Numbered from the stretch's first letter, positions 11,167 through 23,900 are shown. The stretch: 64,000 nucleotides of DNA from Camelus ferus (GCF_009834535.1 NC_045696.1:99264001-99328000); one strand, 5' to 3'. Program-made: numbers and translations. Notes: a model not told the origin generated them from the letters alone.

Positions 11167-13584
11167 AATTTAAAGTATGCCTCAGCAGTAGGAAGGAATC
11201 CTGTTATACAGTTAGAAGACAGAGGGAGGTCCAAAGAACATGGAAGTTCAGGAGCAAAATGATACTGGCGAGCTGAGGATAATCCCTTAACAATTCCCCA
11301 AGCCAGAAGATCCTTTGGAAGTGTGAATTTTCTCTGATGAATGTTTAGTTTCTCAGAAAATGACCAAATCGTCTTTAAGGCTAGGGCTTCTTCCACAAGA
11401 GGAAGGGAGAAAAGAAAGATGGTTGTGTCAAGAAACTCTTTCCTAAGCCCTCACTGTCCTTTTGTCATGAGGCTAGTGGTATTTAGATCTGGGGGGAATT
11501 AGGTCTTGGGTCACTGAAGACGCTGGTCACTCTGGGTAGTTTTATTGTTTGTGAGGTTTGGTGTGTGTGTGTATGTGTATTAGAGGGTTTGTTGACTACC
11601 TTTGTGGTTAGACGTCATTCTGAATGGACAGGAGGACTCAGGCCCTACAGAATCACCTTCTCTAGCCTGGGTAGTGGTTGCCATGGTAATCTGCTGCCTC
11701 TCCATCTGCCTGTGAAGAGGCATCATAGACCTCTCCCTTCAGTCTTTCTTGAAGGTTGGAAGGTGGTCCAGAAACTTACAGCCAGTTCATGTTCTGCCTT
11801 TTCAGTTATCTAAGGAATGGTTTTCTTAATTTATTTGGAACTGCAAAGGTGTGTATACGAAGGAGGGAAAACACATAAAAATTAAAATTAAACATTCTTT
11901 GTGTGTATCGATGTGATATGCTTAACCAGCTAGAGACCACATACCATAAGCAGTCAGAATGCTAGGCAATAGTTTATTCTATATTTGAGTTACCTGACAA
12001 TTTAAATACCAAATCTTGGTCACTTGGGTCAAGAATATCTACATTTTTGCTCCTAGCTGATTTTGCCAACAGTTTTCATTCTCATTTTCTCTAGATTTAA
12101 TGACCATGGTGGAAATTTCTAGTCTGCCTCAGGAGGTGATAATCTAAGGATTAAAGCTCTGAGATCTTGGCTAGAGTTTGTACAGCCCTTTCTATGTTCA
12201 CAAATTCTTAGCAACTCTTAGATACCCCCAGGTTTCCCCTCTTCTCTCCTCATATTACAAGTAATTATACTGTCCTAATATGCATTAGGAAAAACCTAAT
12301 TGCATTAACATATTTCTCTTATAATCCTGTCATTAAAAATGACGAATTTTATTAATGCATAGATTTTTTTTTCCTGGTTTGAAAATAAGTTAATTTTAAT
12401 CTTGTCAAATGTCAAAAAAATCTTGTCAAATTTGCTAGCATGTCTTTTTAGTTGTATTCTAGCCAAAAACATTACAAACATGGCTAAATTTTTTTACCTC
12501 TTAGAATATTTATTAAATGGATGATTTACAAGAAAGACATTGATGAATAAAGGTAAAATTTTTCACTCATAGTAAACATAAAACTTTCAAATGCGTAAGG
12601 TTTATATTCAATTTTATTTTTTTTAAAAAGTCTGCTCCTTTAAGATTATATAGTGTATAAAGTGCTGGTGAGATTGATGTTACCAGAAATTCCCAGTTTG
12701 GTGATTTTCCTGAGATTTTTCACCCAATGATTGTACCACAACAAGTGAGTGTTACTGACCACAACCTTGAAGTGGTCAGGTTCAACCAGGACTTGTATTT
12801 TGAATTGTTTACCACTTTCAAATGGGGATCATAAGCACACCAGCTCCTTGAGAAATGCTAGGTAAGACATCACACTAGCAAAACAACCCAGCCGTCCCTA
12901 TTTTAAAGATTTCAAGTTGGTCTTGCTTTCCTTTCTCTAGCTTTATGGTCTCTGTATATTATCCTTTATTTTATCACAAATTGGAGATTTTATCCAATTT
13001 TATTGCAAACTGGAGCTTTTAAATACAGAAAGCCAGAGGTTTCCACAGGAATTAGATACTTAGTGTTTAATCAAAACTGAGTAAAATTTTGAAGCATATA
13101 AAGTCCACTTTTCTTATTTACTTTAAATTGAGATGAACGTAATGCAAACCTATTTGTGTTTTCTTCTATTTAAATGGAAAATTCCCTGGGACAAAATTAA
13201 TCTACAAATATGTTGTCTGCATTTTAGACCCAGATGTAACCAGTTCAATTAATATTGCTACTGTATTTAAATCGTGAGTGATGAAAATATTATCTAGAGA
13301 AATATGTCAAGTATCTCAAGGTTGAGGGTTTTACAATGGTCTTGGTTTGGGGAAAATGATGCAGGTATGTTTTTTCTTAGAGATGTCTCATCAGAAATAA
13401 TTGTGGCAAATGACATCCGACCATAATAATAATATTAATGCTACTGTCACTTTGGGAAAGAAAAAATCCCAAATTGAATGTCGGTTTACAGATGGTTTGG
13501 CATTTCCCCCAATCATCTAGTCATCCTTTAGGGCAAAGTGTGGCTGTTGATTGTTTCTTGCCTTCTAGCGTGTAACCCCCTCTC

Positions 13585-13598
13585 CTGCCCTCTAGCGG
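13585..13598 (-). promoter_or_regulatory. CTCF motif
   Basis: Minus strand CCGCTAGAGGGCAG fits the CTCF core CCRSYAGRKGGCRS. Confidence 0.5.
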
Positions 13599-13633
13599 AG
13601 GGTTTGACAGAGCACCAGTGGCGAGGACAACCA

Positions 13634-13735
13634 GTGATTATTTATTGATCACCCGCTGAGTGCCAAGCACTGTGGAGGAAGTTGAAGCGTGTCCAGATCT
13701 GGGCAGAGTCCAATGCCATGCAGGAGCTTTGTCAG
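13634..13735 (-). mobile_element. L2 3'-end fragment
   Basis: tatttattgatcacccgctgagtgccaagcactgtg resembles the reverse complement of the L2 tail. Confidence 0.5.
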
Positions 13736-14179
13736 ATGATTTAGGATTGAGCAGATATTCTAGCTTTGGGTCCTTGTGTTTCCTCACCTGGGGGTCTCTT
13801 CAGAACCCTGATCTCACCCATCTTGCACTTGGAGCCTGACGGGAGGCAGCTCTGGCCACCAGAAGCTCCTAGCTGCAGCCAGTTTGAGACGGAGAGCCTG
13901 GCTGCCCCTTGGCGGGTCTGGTTATAGTTTGCGTTCTCTTGTATAGAGCTGTCCAGTTTGACCCGTACTTACAACCAATCCTGGATCAGCATTGTCAGAC
14001 CTCGGTTCCACCACACTGTTTGAAGAGCCCCATTTTGTGCAGTGGCAGCCACAACAAAACCCAACTTTCCTCTGTGACTTTGTTCTTTCGATTTTTAATA
14101 GATCAAAGACGGGGTGGGAGGAAGGAAAAGCAGGGGAGGGGGAAAAAGAGAGGGGGTAGGGATTGTTGTCGTGTCAAGA

Positions 14180-14420
14180 TGCAGCGCCCATTTGAGGCCA
14201 CTAGCCCCCATTAGAAGGGAAAAGTGCACGGAAAAGGGCGAGAAACCTGCACTTGGCGCGGCATTGTTTGGGGGATTCGAGCTGCGGCCGCCGCCGCCGC
14301 CGGCCGCCATACAGTACGGTCTCCATGGCAACGCAACCTGCTGCTGCCGCCGCCAAAGTTGAAGGCGCTTGAAAAGGCTTGCAGAGACCAGAATCTCTAT
14401 CCGATTTCGGTTTCCCGGGA
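14180..14420. promoter_or_regulatory. Small CpG island with (CCG)n and an RFX X-box
   Basis: gcggccgccgccgccgccggccgcc; X-box GTCTCCATGGCAAC at 14319-14332. Confidence 0.65.
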
Positions 14421-14434
14421 ACAACTGGGTGAAA

Positions 14435-14572
14435 ATGAAGCAAAGAAAGAAAGGAGGAGGAAAGGAAGAAGGAGAGGAGGAGGAGGGAGGGAGAGAGAGG
14501 GAAATATGAATGAACGAGGGAGGGAAAGAGAAGGCAGAATATAAGAGAAGGAGGGAGGGGGAAGCGGAGAGA
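14435..14572. repeat. Polypurine (GA-rich) tract
   Basis: aaagaaagaaaggaggaggaaaggaagaaggagaggaggaggagggagggagagaggg... Confidence 0.85.
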
Positions 14573-15939
14573 AAACCCCACCCCAGGCCCATGAATGCTG
14601 GCATTGTCCCTTCTTTTCTGAATCTGATTTACCATATCATAACCCCCAGGAAGAAGAAAACATCAATATCCCGAAGGAATGGAGATGTTTCTATGGAAAA
14701 CCTAGGAATTTTAGTCCATAACAGATCTGGTGTAAAAAAAATCAAAGAGATCAAAGGCAGAGCTCCCTGGAGTATAGATGCGTCTCTGAATTAAAGATGG
14801 ACGATGCAGACTACAAAGTACTTTTTTCTTCTTTATTCAGTCCTCTGTTTCCATTTCAAGGGAGGCGCTGGCCTCGTCATATCTGAACTAGACCGTCATT
14901 GCGAACAATGTCATGAAGGGGAATAAAAGGAGGAGCGGGGGCACCAGGAACTCCGCTGCCTCTGCCCCAGCCTAGCTTCCAGCCGTCTTCTCCAGTGGGT
15001 CTCCGTGGAGGTGTCAGCCCGGCCCTCCTCATAGAAGGAGCTCCTGGACAAAAAAACCCACCCTCACCCTCAGTCCTACAGGGGCATTTAGGAAAAGTGA
15101 GGTCTGCTGAAATTAGGGGAAGGGAAGTTGTGTTAAGCTGGCTTCTTGCTTCACGAAATTAAGCTCAGGGCGATCAAAGGCTCAGTGTGGCAGTTCTGGC
15201 GTGGGGAGGAGACAGAAGGATCTTTAGGCCTAGATGTGGACCGCAGTGGGATATAGGACCCTCTGGATGGGGGGGGGGGTTAGGGCAGCCCCAGTAGTTG
15301 TCTATGCAGATGTGGGTTCCTGGCAGATCTGCCAAGAGAGGGGCTCTCCAAAGGGAAAGACTTTGGGGGGGGGGGCAGTTAAGTGAGGCATCTCCTGCCC
15401 TACAGTTCCTCAATTTGCACATCTAAGAAACAAATTCTAAATGTTTTGAAGATATTCTTGGCAAGAAAGGCTAGCTGGCTTCCACTTTACTTTTTAAATC
15501 TAAGGCCACTTGGAAAGTCAGGGATGGGATTACTAATGTATCAGCAGAAGAGCAGTCCTAGATAAATGTCTTCTCCACGTGCACAAAGAGAATTCTTAGG
15601 CTTGGCCTGCACTGTGTGCGTGTGCGTGTGCATGTGCGCACGCACAAGCTCTCTGGAAAAAGGGCTGCTCCCATCCTCGGTGCAGCTGTGGGCTTGCTGT
15701 CCAGCTTCTTCCAGACCTTGTGGCTGGGAAATAAAAACAGTAAGTTTTCAAAAGCTGGAGATTTGCCGCTTCCTCCGGAAAGAAGCGGAGATAATCAGCC
15801 AGATAACCTGGACCTGTGTGTGTGTGTGGGGGGGGGGGAGCCAAACCTCCAGAGGCCTTTGCACTGCAAGTCTCCCCTTCGATTTCTCCAAAGCCAAGGC
15901 CAGCAGACTAATATTAGAGAAGTCAATTAAGTTGTTTGC

Positions 15940-16210
15940 AAACACGCGCGGGCCGGAGAGGACCACGAAGGGGAGAAAGCCGGTTCCCATGGTGGGATCA
16001 GCATCTGTACTGGCCACCAGCGGCCCCGGGGTCAGGCCCGACACTAAGTAAACAGTGCGGCGGCCCAGGGGCTCCTTTGTAGCGTCCGCAGCTGTCCAGC
16101 CACCCATTGTCTGGCCGGAGCCGGAGACTCCGTCCCTGCCCCGGCGCCAACTCTGTGCACAAAAACAGACCCGAGCAGGCTGTACATCCCATCCCCCTCT
16201 CCCCGCCTCC
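15940..16210. promoter_or_regulatory. Small CpG-rich patch
   Basis: acgcgcgggccgg, gcggcggccc, ccggcgcc; weak CTCF-like TGGCCACCAGCGGCCCC at 16011. Confidence 0.5.
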
Positions 16211-17661
16211 CCAGGCCACCAGGGCTTGTCTTCTGTCTCTCCTTCAGAAGCCCAGCCTCTCTGGACAGTTTTTCTCCTTATGTAACAGAGCACGGGTGCA
16301 AAAATCCAGCACCTGGGGGACAGTTGAGGGCAGGAAAAAAAAAAAACCCTCCCTTCCCAAGAATGGGAGTGGGAAGAACCTTATTACAGAACAAAAGAAT
16401 AGTAAGTTGGATATCACCATTAAGCTGAAAGCAAGAATGATCTTGTTAAACAGGGCGTCTTTGTTTATCCCGCCCCAGTGGTCTGTCTTGGAGAAGCTGG
16501 TGGATGAGTCCCAAGACAGAAGGTGAGGAAAGGGACCAGGGTAGTATGTTTCCTGAGCTGCCAAGTAGGGGAGTTGGTCTTGAGCTTACTCAGCGGGCCT
16601 GACAGGAATGTTCCAAGGTTTCAACCGCCTAGGCGGCACTTTAGGGGCCTGAATTTCTCCTGAGGATGAAAGTTGAAACTTCAACACCCTCTCCCATGAC
16701 ACCTGCTCTCCCGGAACCCGGAAGGGTGGGGAGGGGGTACTGTGAGCACGGGATCCAGAGTTTTAGTCTGGTTTTGTCCAACACAGGCTCTCCCAGAAGT
16801 ACAGGGCATCTTCAACCTGTGACCCAGAGTCAGAGGTCACTAGGGTGAAATGACTTTTCCCTCCTGAAGCCCAGAGCCCAGAGATAGAGGGGTGCAGGCT
16901 GAGGGGAGATTCAGAGCAGCTAGCATGTGATGAAGTACAGGGGTGGCTCTTGAGATGAGGCCCCTTACAGCTCCCAGGCCCATCTCCACCCAAACACACT
17001 CTCCAGACTCAGAGGGATTTGTGGGACACACTTCTTGGAATTCAGTTCAAGTCCAAGGCTTGTCCAGCTGCCTGGGGCCTGTCTTTCAAGCCCGGCACTG
17101 AATCCAAAGTCAACAAAGCAGTTCAGATCCTCAGAGAGACAAGCTTGAACCACCTCAAATGACAGAGCCCAAGTCCAGAGCTGTGGCTAATAACACTTGC
17201 CAAAGAGTCAGCCACTTGCTTCCTTGATCTGGGGGAAGAAAAGTTCTCTGCTCTTCTCTGGGTGTTTGGTGCTAATTCCCTCATAATCCTTTTTCTCTAT
17301 TTAGAGAAAAATTATTAAATTCTGTTTTGAATAACAAATGTCTGCCAGACATTGGAGCATAAGACCATTCATCTGGCTTAAGTGGCTTCTTCCTCTTGTT
17401 TAACAAGCTCCTAGATTTAGAAATTTGGAGGCAAAAATCATACCAACATTTTAAAATGCTATCAGGATGTTGCTGCTGAAAAAAAGCCCTAGCACCTGAC
17501 TGAATAAAAACCTTTGACTCTAGACTACAAAGTTCCTGACATGTGAGAGGAAGGGGTGGGGGAGTGCGATGGAGGCATTGAGGTCCCAGCCCATCCAAGC
17601 TTAATTGTCAAAGTTTAACACGAAGAATGGGTGAGTTTTAAGCATTCTGACATTGGCTCTA

Positions 17662-17665
<4 letters not shown>

Positions 17666-17692
<27 letters not shown>

Positions 17693-17719
17693 CTGTCTGC
17701 CTGCCTGCCTGCCTGCCTG
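17666..17719. repeat. Compound STR (TG)13(TCTG)2(CCTG)5
   Basis: Counted directly. Confidence 0.95.
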
Positions 17720-18059
17720 TGTGCTTTGCCGGGCATGGGGTGGGGGAAATCCAAACCAACTACCAGACTCCAGGAAATGTGTCTTCCGGTTTCCCTCACC
17801 AGGAAAACTGTAGGAATTACAAGAAAACCTTTGAATGAACGTGGGAGCCTCGGCCCTGGCCAGCTGGGGAGGGGATGCACCAAGCGGCTTTTCCTTGTCG
17901 TTCAGTGCGGAGTCCTAAGGGCAGGTTACAAGGGGACCCCGAGTCCCCCCGAACGGTCAAGTGTGTGGAGGATTTGCAGCAGCCCTCTTTCCAGAACCCT
18001 TATTTGCAACTTACAAGGTTTTGCTTTTTGTTTTTGTTTTCGTTTGGTGAGACATTTGC

Positions 18060-18830
18060 CGAGGACAAATCCGATGGCAAATTGTTCCTCAGGCGGTGGT
18101 CCAAATTCTTCAAATAGCTGGCGCTCGGGGGCGCGCATGGCAGAAGGGACTGGAAGCCGCCTCCCCCCACCCAGGCGGCTCACCCTTAACTTTCCAAACG
18201 CTGCACTGGTCCTCTGGGTTGGACCCCTTAACTTTCCAAACGCTGCACTGGTCCTCTGGGTTGGACAGGAGCCTGCTCTGTTCACGGGGCTCCCCTATGA
18301 GTTGGAAAGTATGTCGGAAAATATTGGGTAACTTCGCCACATCCCCAACAAATAAACAAGATAATTAAAGTGACACAGATGCTGGTGCTGAACTTCGCGG
18401 TTTCTAGGATCATTAGAGGCAGAGACTTAAAAAAAAAAACTTAATTAAGGCAAATGACGGAGCTTTTCTTCTTCTGAATAGTTGGCGGGTTAAACCAATT
18501 AGACACATTCATCAAATTCTTTCCACCAAGTTTTTATAGACAGTAGGATATGTTCTCAATACAGCGCAGAAACTCGCACACTTTTAATCGCTTAGCGCCC
18601 GGGTGGTGGGGAGGGGGACGCCCGACACATGTTAAGGAAAAGCGTTCCCTCCATCCAGTCCCAGGAGGCCGATTGCGCCCGGGCCAGAGGTTTCAAGCCC
18701 CGGTTTTTCTAGTGTAGCACCTGTCCCTTTCTCACCCAACGTCTTTACTAAAAAGTCTCTTTAAATTAATGATTTTTCCATTCTCAAAGTGTCTGAGCGG
18801 TCAAGATTCCCGGGTGCGGGCGTGTTTGGC
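18060..18830. promoter_or_regulatory. Moderately CpG-rich region
   Basis: Many CpGs (ggcgctcgggggcgcgc, cttcgcgg, agcgcccggg, gcgcccgggcc). Confidence 0.5.
18183..18266. repeat. Perfect 2 x 42-bp tandem duplication
   Basis: cccttaactttccaaacgctgcactggtcctctgggttggac at 18183-18224 and 18225-18266. Confidence 0.97.
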
Positions 18831-19474
18831 AAAATCTAACTCTTAGTGCAGAATAGCCCCTAGAAACGGTTAGAATTAGGAACCCTGGGAATGGAAATCG
18901 AATAACAGGAAATTAATAATATTTCTCCTTTTGCAGTTGCCCCAGAACCTGCTGCAGAGTCCAGAAGTGTTTCCAAGGGGCCCAGATCTTGCCGGGGAGG
19001 GGAAAGAACCATATGGGGAGGCGGGTCTGGAGGACTCCCCCAAGTACTGAGTGCCCCAACAACCTGGCCCCACTAGGGCAGCCTGCCTTTGTGCGAGATG
19101 ATCGTCCTGAGCAGATTTAAGACAATTCCCTCAAACTGAAGCTTGGACCCAGCGTCCCCCTGGGAGCTGTAGAAGATGAACTTCTAGGGAGCTTTCCTGT
19201 GGCCTGGGCTGTCCAGGCCTCCTCTGAAATAGGAGTTCCATCTGTTGGATTAGACCCCGTGCAGTCTACTTGAACAAGGGCTTCCTTTCCACTGCCGTGG
19301 GAGGAATGTGTACATCCCCAGCTTGTGTGGGAGAAAGGGAGAGATGATTCTGTGAGCTAGGTTCCTTCTGGTGGCCACAGACTTTTCAACAACAGGTGAA
19401 AAGGAGTGGAGTACGGCTTCAAAACCTAACCTAGTATCTAATATGCATCAACTAACATGTGCCCACAGCTGTGA

Positions 19475-19800
19475 CATATTTATGTATCTATGTATATATA
19501 TATATTCACATAATATATAGATATTTCAGTATATTTACTCACTGAATACAAACCACCATACTTGCATAACGTATGCTTTTATTTTCTTTTTATATGAGTA
19601 TATTAAATGACATGTATGTATATTATGTGGTTTATGTTATATACTAGGATATATACGTGTATATGGTGATACATATTATATTAGATGTGTATTGCCATTT
19701 GGGAACTATATTATATATTGAGATGATAATGAAATTGCATTTAGGGGCCAAGATTATCTAATAGGAAGGGTATTATAAATTAGGTGATATATACTAAGCT
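19475..19800. repeat. TA-rich low-complexity region
   Basis: Degenerate tatatg/tatata runs. Confidence 0.7.
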
Positions 19801-20399
19801 GGAAACATATGCATCCGTTTTTAAAGTGTGCTATTTACAAACAATTTTGCACAGTGCACAGTGAAACTGGCGCCTTTCTTTGTCGTGCCATTTCTAACCT
19901 CTTGTATCACCTCCCCATCTTGATATAAATAAGATAATCCTAAAAATAAGTAAACAAACAAAACACTCCAACCTACTCCCTAGCGAGCCCAGTGTGCCCC
20001 TTGGCCTCAAAGCTAGTTTCTTTGGGTTTTGAGTTTGGCTCAGTGCATGGCGACTTTTGAGGTTCAAACTCTGGGGTTCTGAGACCCCGGACATGGCAAT
20101 CAGAGCAAAAGGAGTGACTCAGCCCCGGTCCTGCCATCAGGAAATCTGATAGTTGACAAGTAAAACATCCAAGGTGAGAGCCAGCATTTGGAGTACTAGC
20201 ACGTGAGCACAGTTCCCAGGTGGATTTTTTTTTTTTTTTTTTTTTAGAGCCAGCCGTTCTTGAATGTGAGTCTGTGACACTAGGTTACGACTGAAAAGGG
20301 GAGCAGGGGCTGGAAAGTTTGCAAAGCTTCAATTTGCCAGAGAAAAAACTTTTTGAACTCTCCACGCAGATGGTGCCAATCCGCCTGTGATCATTTTCC

Positions 20400-20930
20400 A
20401 GCTCCTGCGGAAGCTGCTCTCGAAGCGATGCCCTAAAGTAAATAAACACCCTCTTCCCTTCTCCAAGTCAGGCCTTTAAAGGGAACACCGTCGGCCTAAT
20501 TATGCTTGAATTATGCACGGAGGTCTGCGGAGGATGGAACTTTAGACAAATAATTGCGCCATTGTGTGCGGGCGGCCGGCCGGCCCGCGCGGCCTCCCTC
20601 AGTTTTCGTCACTTCGCGCTCGGAAGGCGGCGGGGCTCGCCGCCACCTGAAAACCGCCGCCGGGGGGCCAAGCCAGAGATTCCTGCCTAATTAACCTACT
20701 TTTCCACCCGGTAGATGTCAAGATTTCAGAAAAAGGATTGGCGGAGGAAAAAGAGGGACATCGTTTTCCCCTCAGCCCCCTCCCTGGAGTCGAAGAAAAG
20801 TTGCTTTGCCAAGTGTTGTGATTCCTTGAAAGCGGTTGCAATTCAGGCAAAAGCTTGCGATGTCCAGGGAATTGCTTGGAAAAGCTTCCTGGACTATTAG
20901 GGGAGCCATGAGGAGACGGAACGTTTTGGA
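20400..20930. promoter_or_regulatory. CpG island with SOX and homeodomain motifs
   Basis: gcgggcggccggccggcccgcgcgg core; CATTGT; CTAATTA twice; TAATTG. Confidence 0.65.
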
Positions 20931-23900
20931 AAATGAAAGCTTTTTCTCTGTTTCAGTAGTGATAACGTAAATCATCCTGGTCTAGCCAAGTTCTCAAAAT
21001 TGGGGAATAGATGGGGAAAATGTGAACCGTCCCCCGTAATCTCTAGAGGAATAATTAATTTTCCAAATGAGAATGCATTTAAATTCACCTCGGATATAAG
21101 TTCCTGACTGAGTAGCTAAATTTAGGGATTTTAAAACACAGGAAGCGTCCTCTCCTCGTTGGGTGAGGGTCACTCTGCTGATCACCCAGCTGCAGTGATT
21201 TATGATGTTAGACTTACATATCGATTCCCTATCAAAACCAAAGAAATTCATCTCCATTTATTTGAATTTGGCCAGGACTGCAACTGTATTTTTAGGACAG
21301 GGAGTCACATATTTGGATCATGTTCTCAAAAAAAAATTGTAATCACCTCCAAACCTCATGAGTTCTATGGAACTCTGTCCTAAAATAATTGTATAATGCA
21401 CTATTTGGCTTATCAAGTAGCTTCTTAAATATTTCCTTACATTGGTGAAAGTTACAATATTCTAGCCCTCTCTGGGGGTCATTTTGGAAGAATGTATATA
21501 GGCGTTGAAGTTTACAGAAGAGGAGGGCTGAATGAGCGTTAGAACAGAAAACTAAGAGTCCTTGTAGATTGTTAGAAAGATTTTCTTTAAAAAAGTGTAG
21601 GTGCTTTGTTATTCAATCAGTTGATCCCCCCTAGCTTTAAAAACTCCACAGGACTCTAGCTAAAGGGGTACACAAACATTTTCCCAGAGGGCTTATGTAT
21701 ATTTATTTATTCATGGAGCCCAAGGCATCCAGTGTTTTATAAGCAGAGATAGTAAAAGCTTGGGGGTGGGGGGAGGTGTTGTGGAGGTAAAATGCTTCTG
21801 AAGTGAGTTCCCAAGAAGCCAGTTCCTGAATGGTGTTCTTTCCTTAGCAACATATGTGTCAGCACACAGATGTTTCAGTGAAAATAATCAAGATGCTTTG
21901 AGTTAATAGCTTACGAGTCCCACAATTAACTGTACTCTGCATTTTTCAGTGACCATTTTCCTAGACACATGCACACAGATAAACCCTTGTATATTGCAGA
22001 TATATAGACAAATGAAAAATACAACCAGAAAGATAAGTCATAATTACCAACATGAAAATAGAGGTGGCAGGGGCAGAGTCAGAGTTGGTAATGGCGAATT
22101 AGGGAAAATGAGGGCTGGATGGATTTCTAGCTGGGTCTGTGACCTTAGAAAGTGCTAATTTATGAAATCCCACCTGGCTGAAGATGTAGGTATCTTTGGG
22201 CAGCCCCTGACTAGGTGACTGGAAAGTGAGCACAAGGTCCAATAATATGTGCTTCCTCTGGAATAAGAATTAAAATGGGAAAAACTGCTCTAATTTCATG
22301 GCTAATAAGCATTTGGGATTCTAGGAGACCTGACAGGTGATGTTTATCTATTTTGAGACTATGAACTAAAATATCTGCATTAATTGCCCTCTTTTCTCCC
22401 CCAAACTTCTCTGCATACATTTTCCTGTTTATCTTAAACTCCTTCAAATTTCATAACATGTCTCTGATAATCCACGTAAACCCTGAAGCTTTAATACCCC
22501 ACCTCTTGATAATCACTTTAAAAATTAAGCTGCATTCATCCTGAATGAACCATCTAATTCCTAGGATTATACAATGCTTTAAATTTTTTTCTATTGCTTT
22601 CAGTTAAGTGCCTCTGAATTGCTCCTTCCACGATGTTCCTTTAAAATAAGGCTAAGTTTTAGTTATTTCTAAGTATGTTTGTAGTATGATTCTTTATTTT
22701 GAAAGTTATTTTTATTCTCAGGGTTAGTATGAATGAAATTTCCTGAACACAGTCAATATTTGTAGCCCCTGAAGTTTCATAAAGTTCTGGTCCATGGTGA
22801 GTCAGAGACTCGGACTGTTTTCATTAATTACTACTGTTACATATTCAAACAAATGAGTAGAACCATTAGCACATGAATACAGATGATTTTCTAACCAAAA
22901 ATCCATAAGATCTATGTTTTCCTATTTCTTTAATAAAACACTTTGTTTGTAATGGCTTAATATGCCTTTTCTTTTAGCTCAAACATCCTCTCTCTCTTAC
23001 GAAGATTTTTAGGCAAAATCATAGCCCAGCCACTAGAATGAACGACATTAGGCAAAACAGATTTCCTTACTACGTATGGGCTTTGATCTGTGTTTGGTCA
23101 GATTATAAAAACTGCACATAATTATGTAAGCTTATTGGTGGTCTGAGAGAGACGACTTCAGGCAAGTTCTAGTATCCTAGTATGCTTGGGGATGAGAATG
23201 GGAGTTAATTATAATTTCTTTCCCAAAGGAAAAATTTTTCCCTGTAATATTTATTGTTTTCAATATCAACAGACCTTACATTGGAAGTATGGGTGTGTTG
23301 ACCTTAATCAACTAAGGTGGAGGAATAAAAAGTTTGTATTATCATTTATATCATGAAGAATAAATGTGAATTAAATTAAGAGAATTATTTCAATAGTCAA
23401 TATGCTTAAAAATAATAGTTCTGTATATGTATCTATGTACCTACACATGTACACACATTATAGGCACAGATTAAATTTATGGGAGTTTAAAATCTTTTTT
23501 ATAGGTTATTCATTTTTACAAAAGTAAAGATAACTGTAATGAGAACAAATCTTTAAAAACTTGTTCTTTAGCCAAAGTAACAAATCATAAAATTATTTGC
23601 TAAGGAATAAGATTGATATAATATGCCACCTTCTCTAATGATCATTTGGGATTTCAAATTTTAGATATCCTACTATCTTATCAAATAAGCTTCTTTTGCA
23701 GGAGCTTCAACTTAGATATTGGTTGAGTCACACCTTTAATGTGTTAGTACTTATAAGGAAATATAATATTACATTATAGTTGACTGGAAATTGATTTTAT
23801 ATATGAATGCTTTTATAAATATAGAAAATACTTATTTGCAATGAATGCCTTCTTTATAGCAATATCTTAATTATTTTCCTACCCTAATCAACTCAATAGA

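Noticed and set aside
18183..18266. CRISPR-like direct repeat
   Set aside because: Only two adjacent copies with no spacer, in a mammalian context with no cas genes
17669..18331. 220-aa ORF with an internal peptide repeat
   Set aside because: Starts in a (TG)n microsatellite, and the peptide repeat is simply the 42-bp DNA duplication
1..21000. Assignment to a named locus (FOXG1, FOXA1/TTC6, PAX6, OTX2, SATB2, PITX2 and others considered)
   Set aside because: No diagnostic exon or UTR sequence recognised; needs a BLAT search
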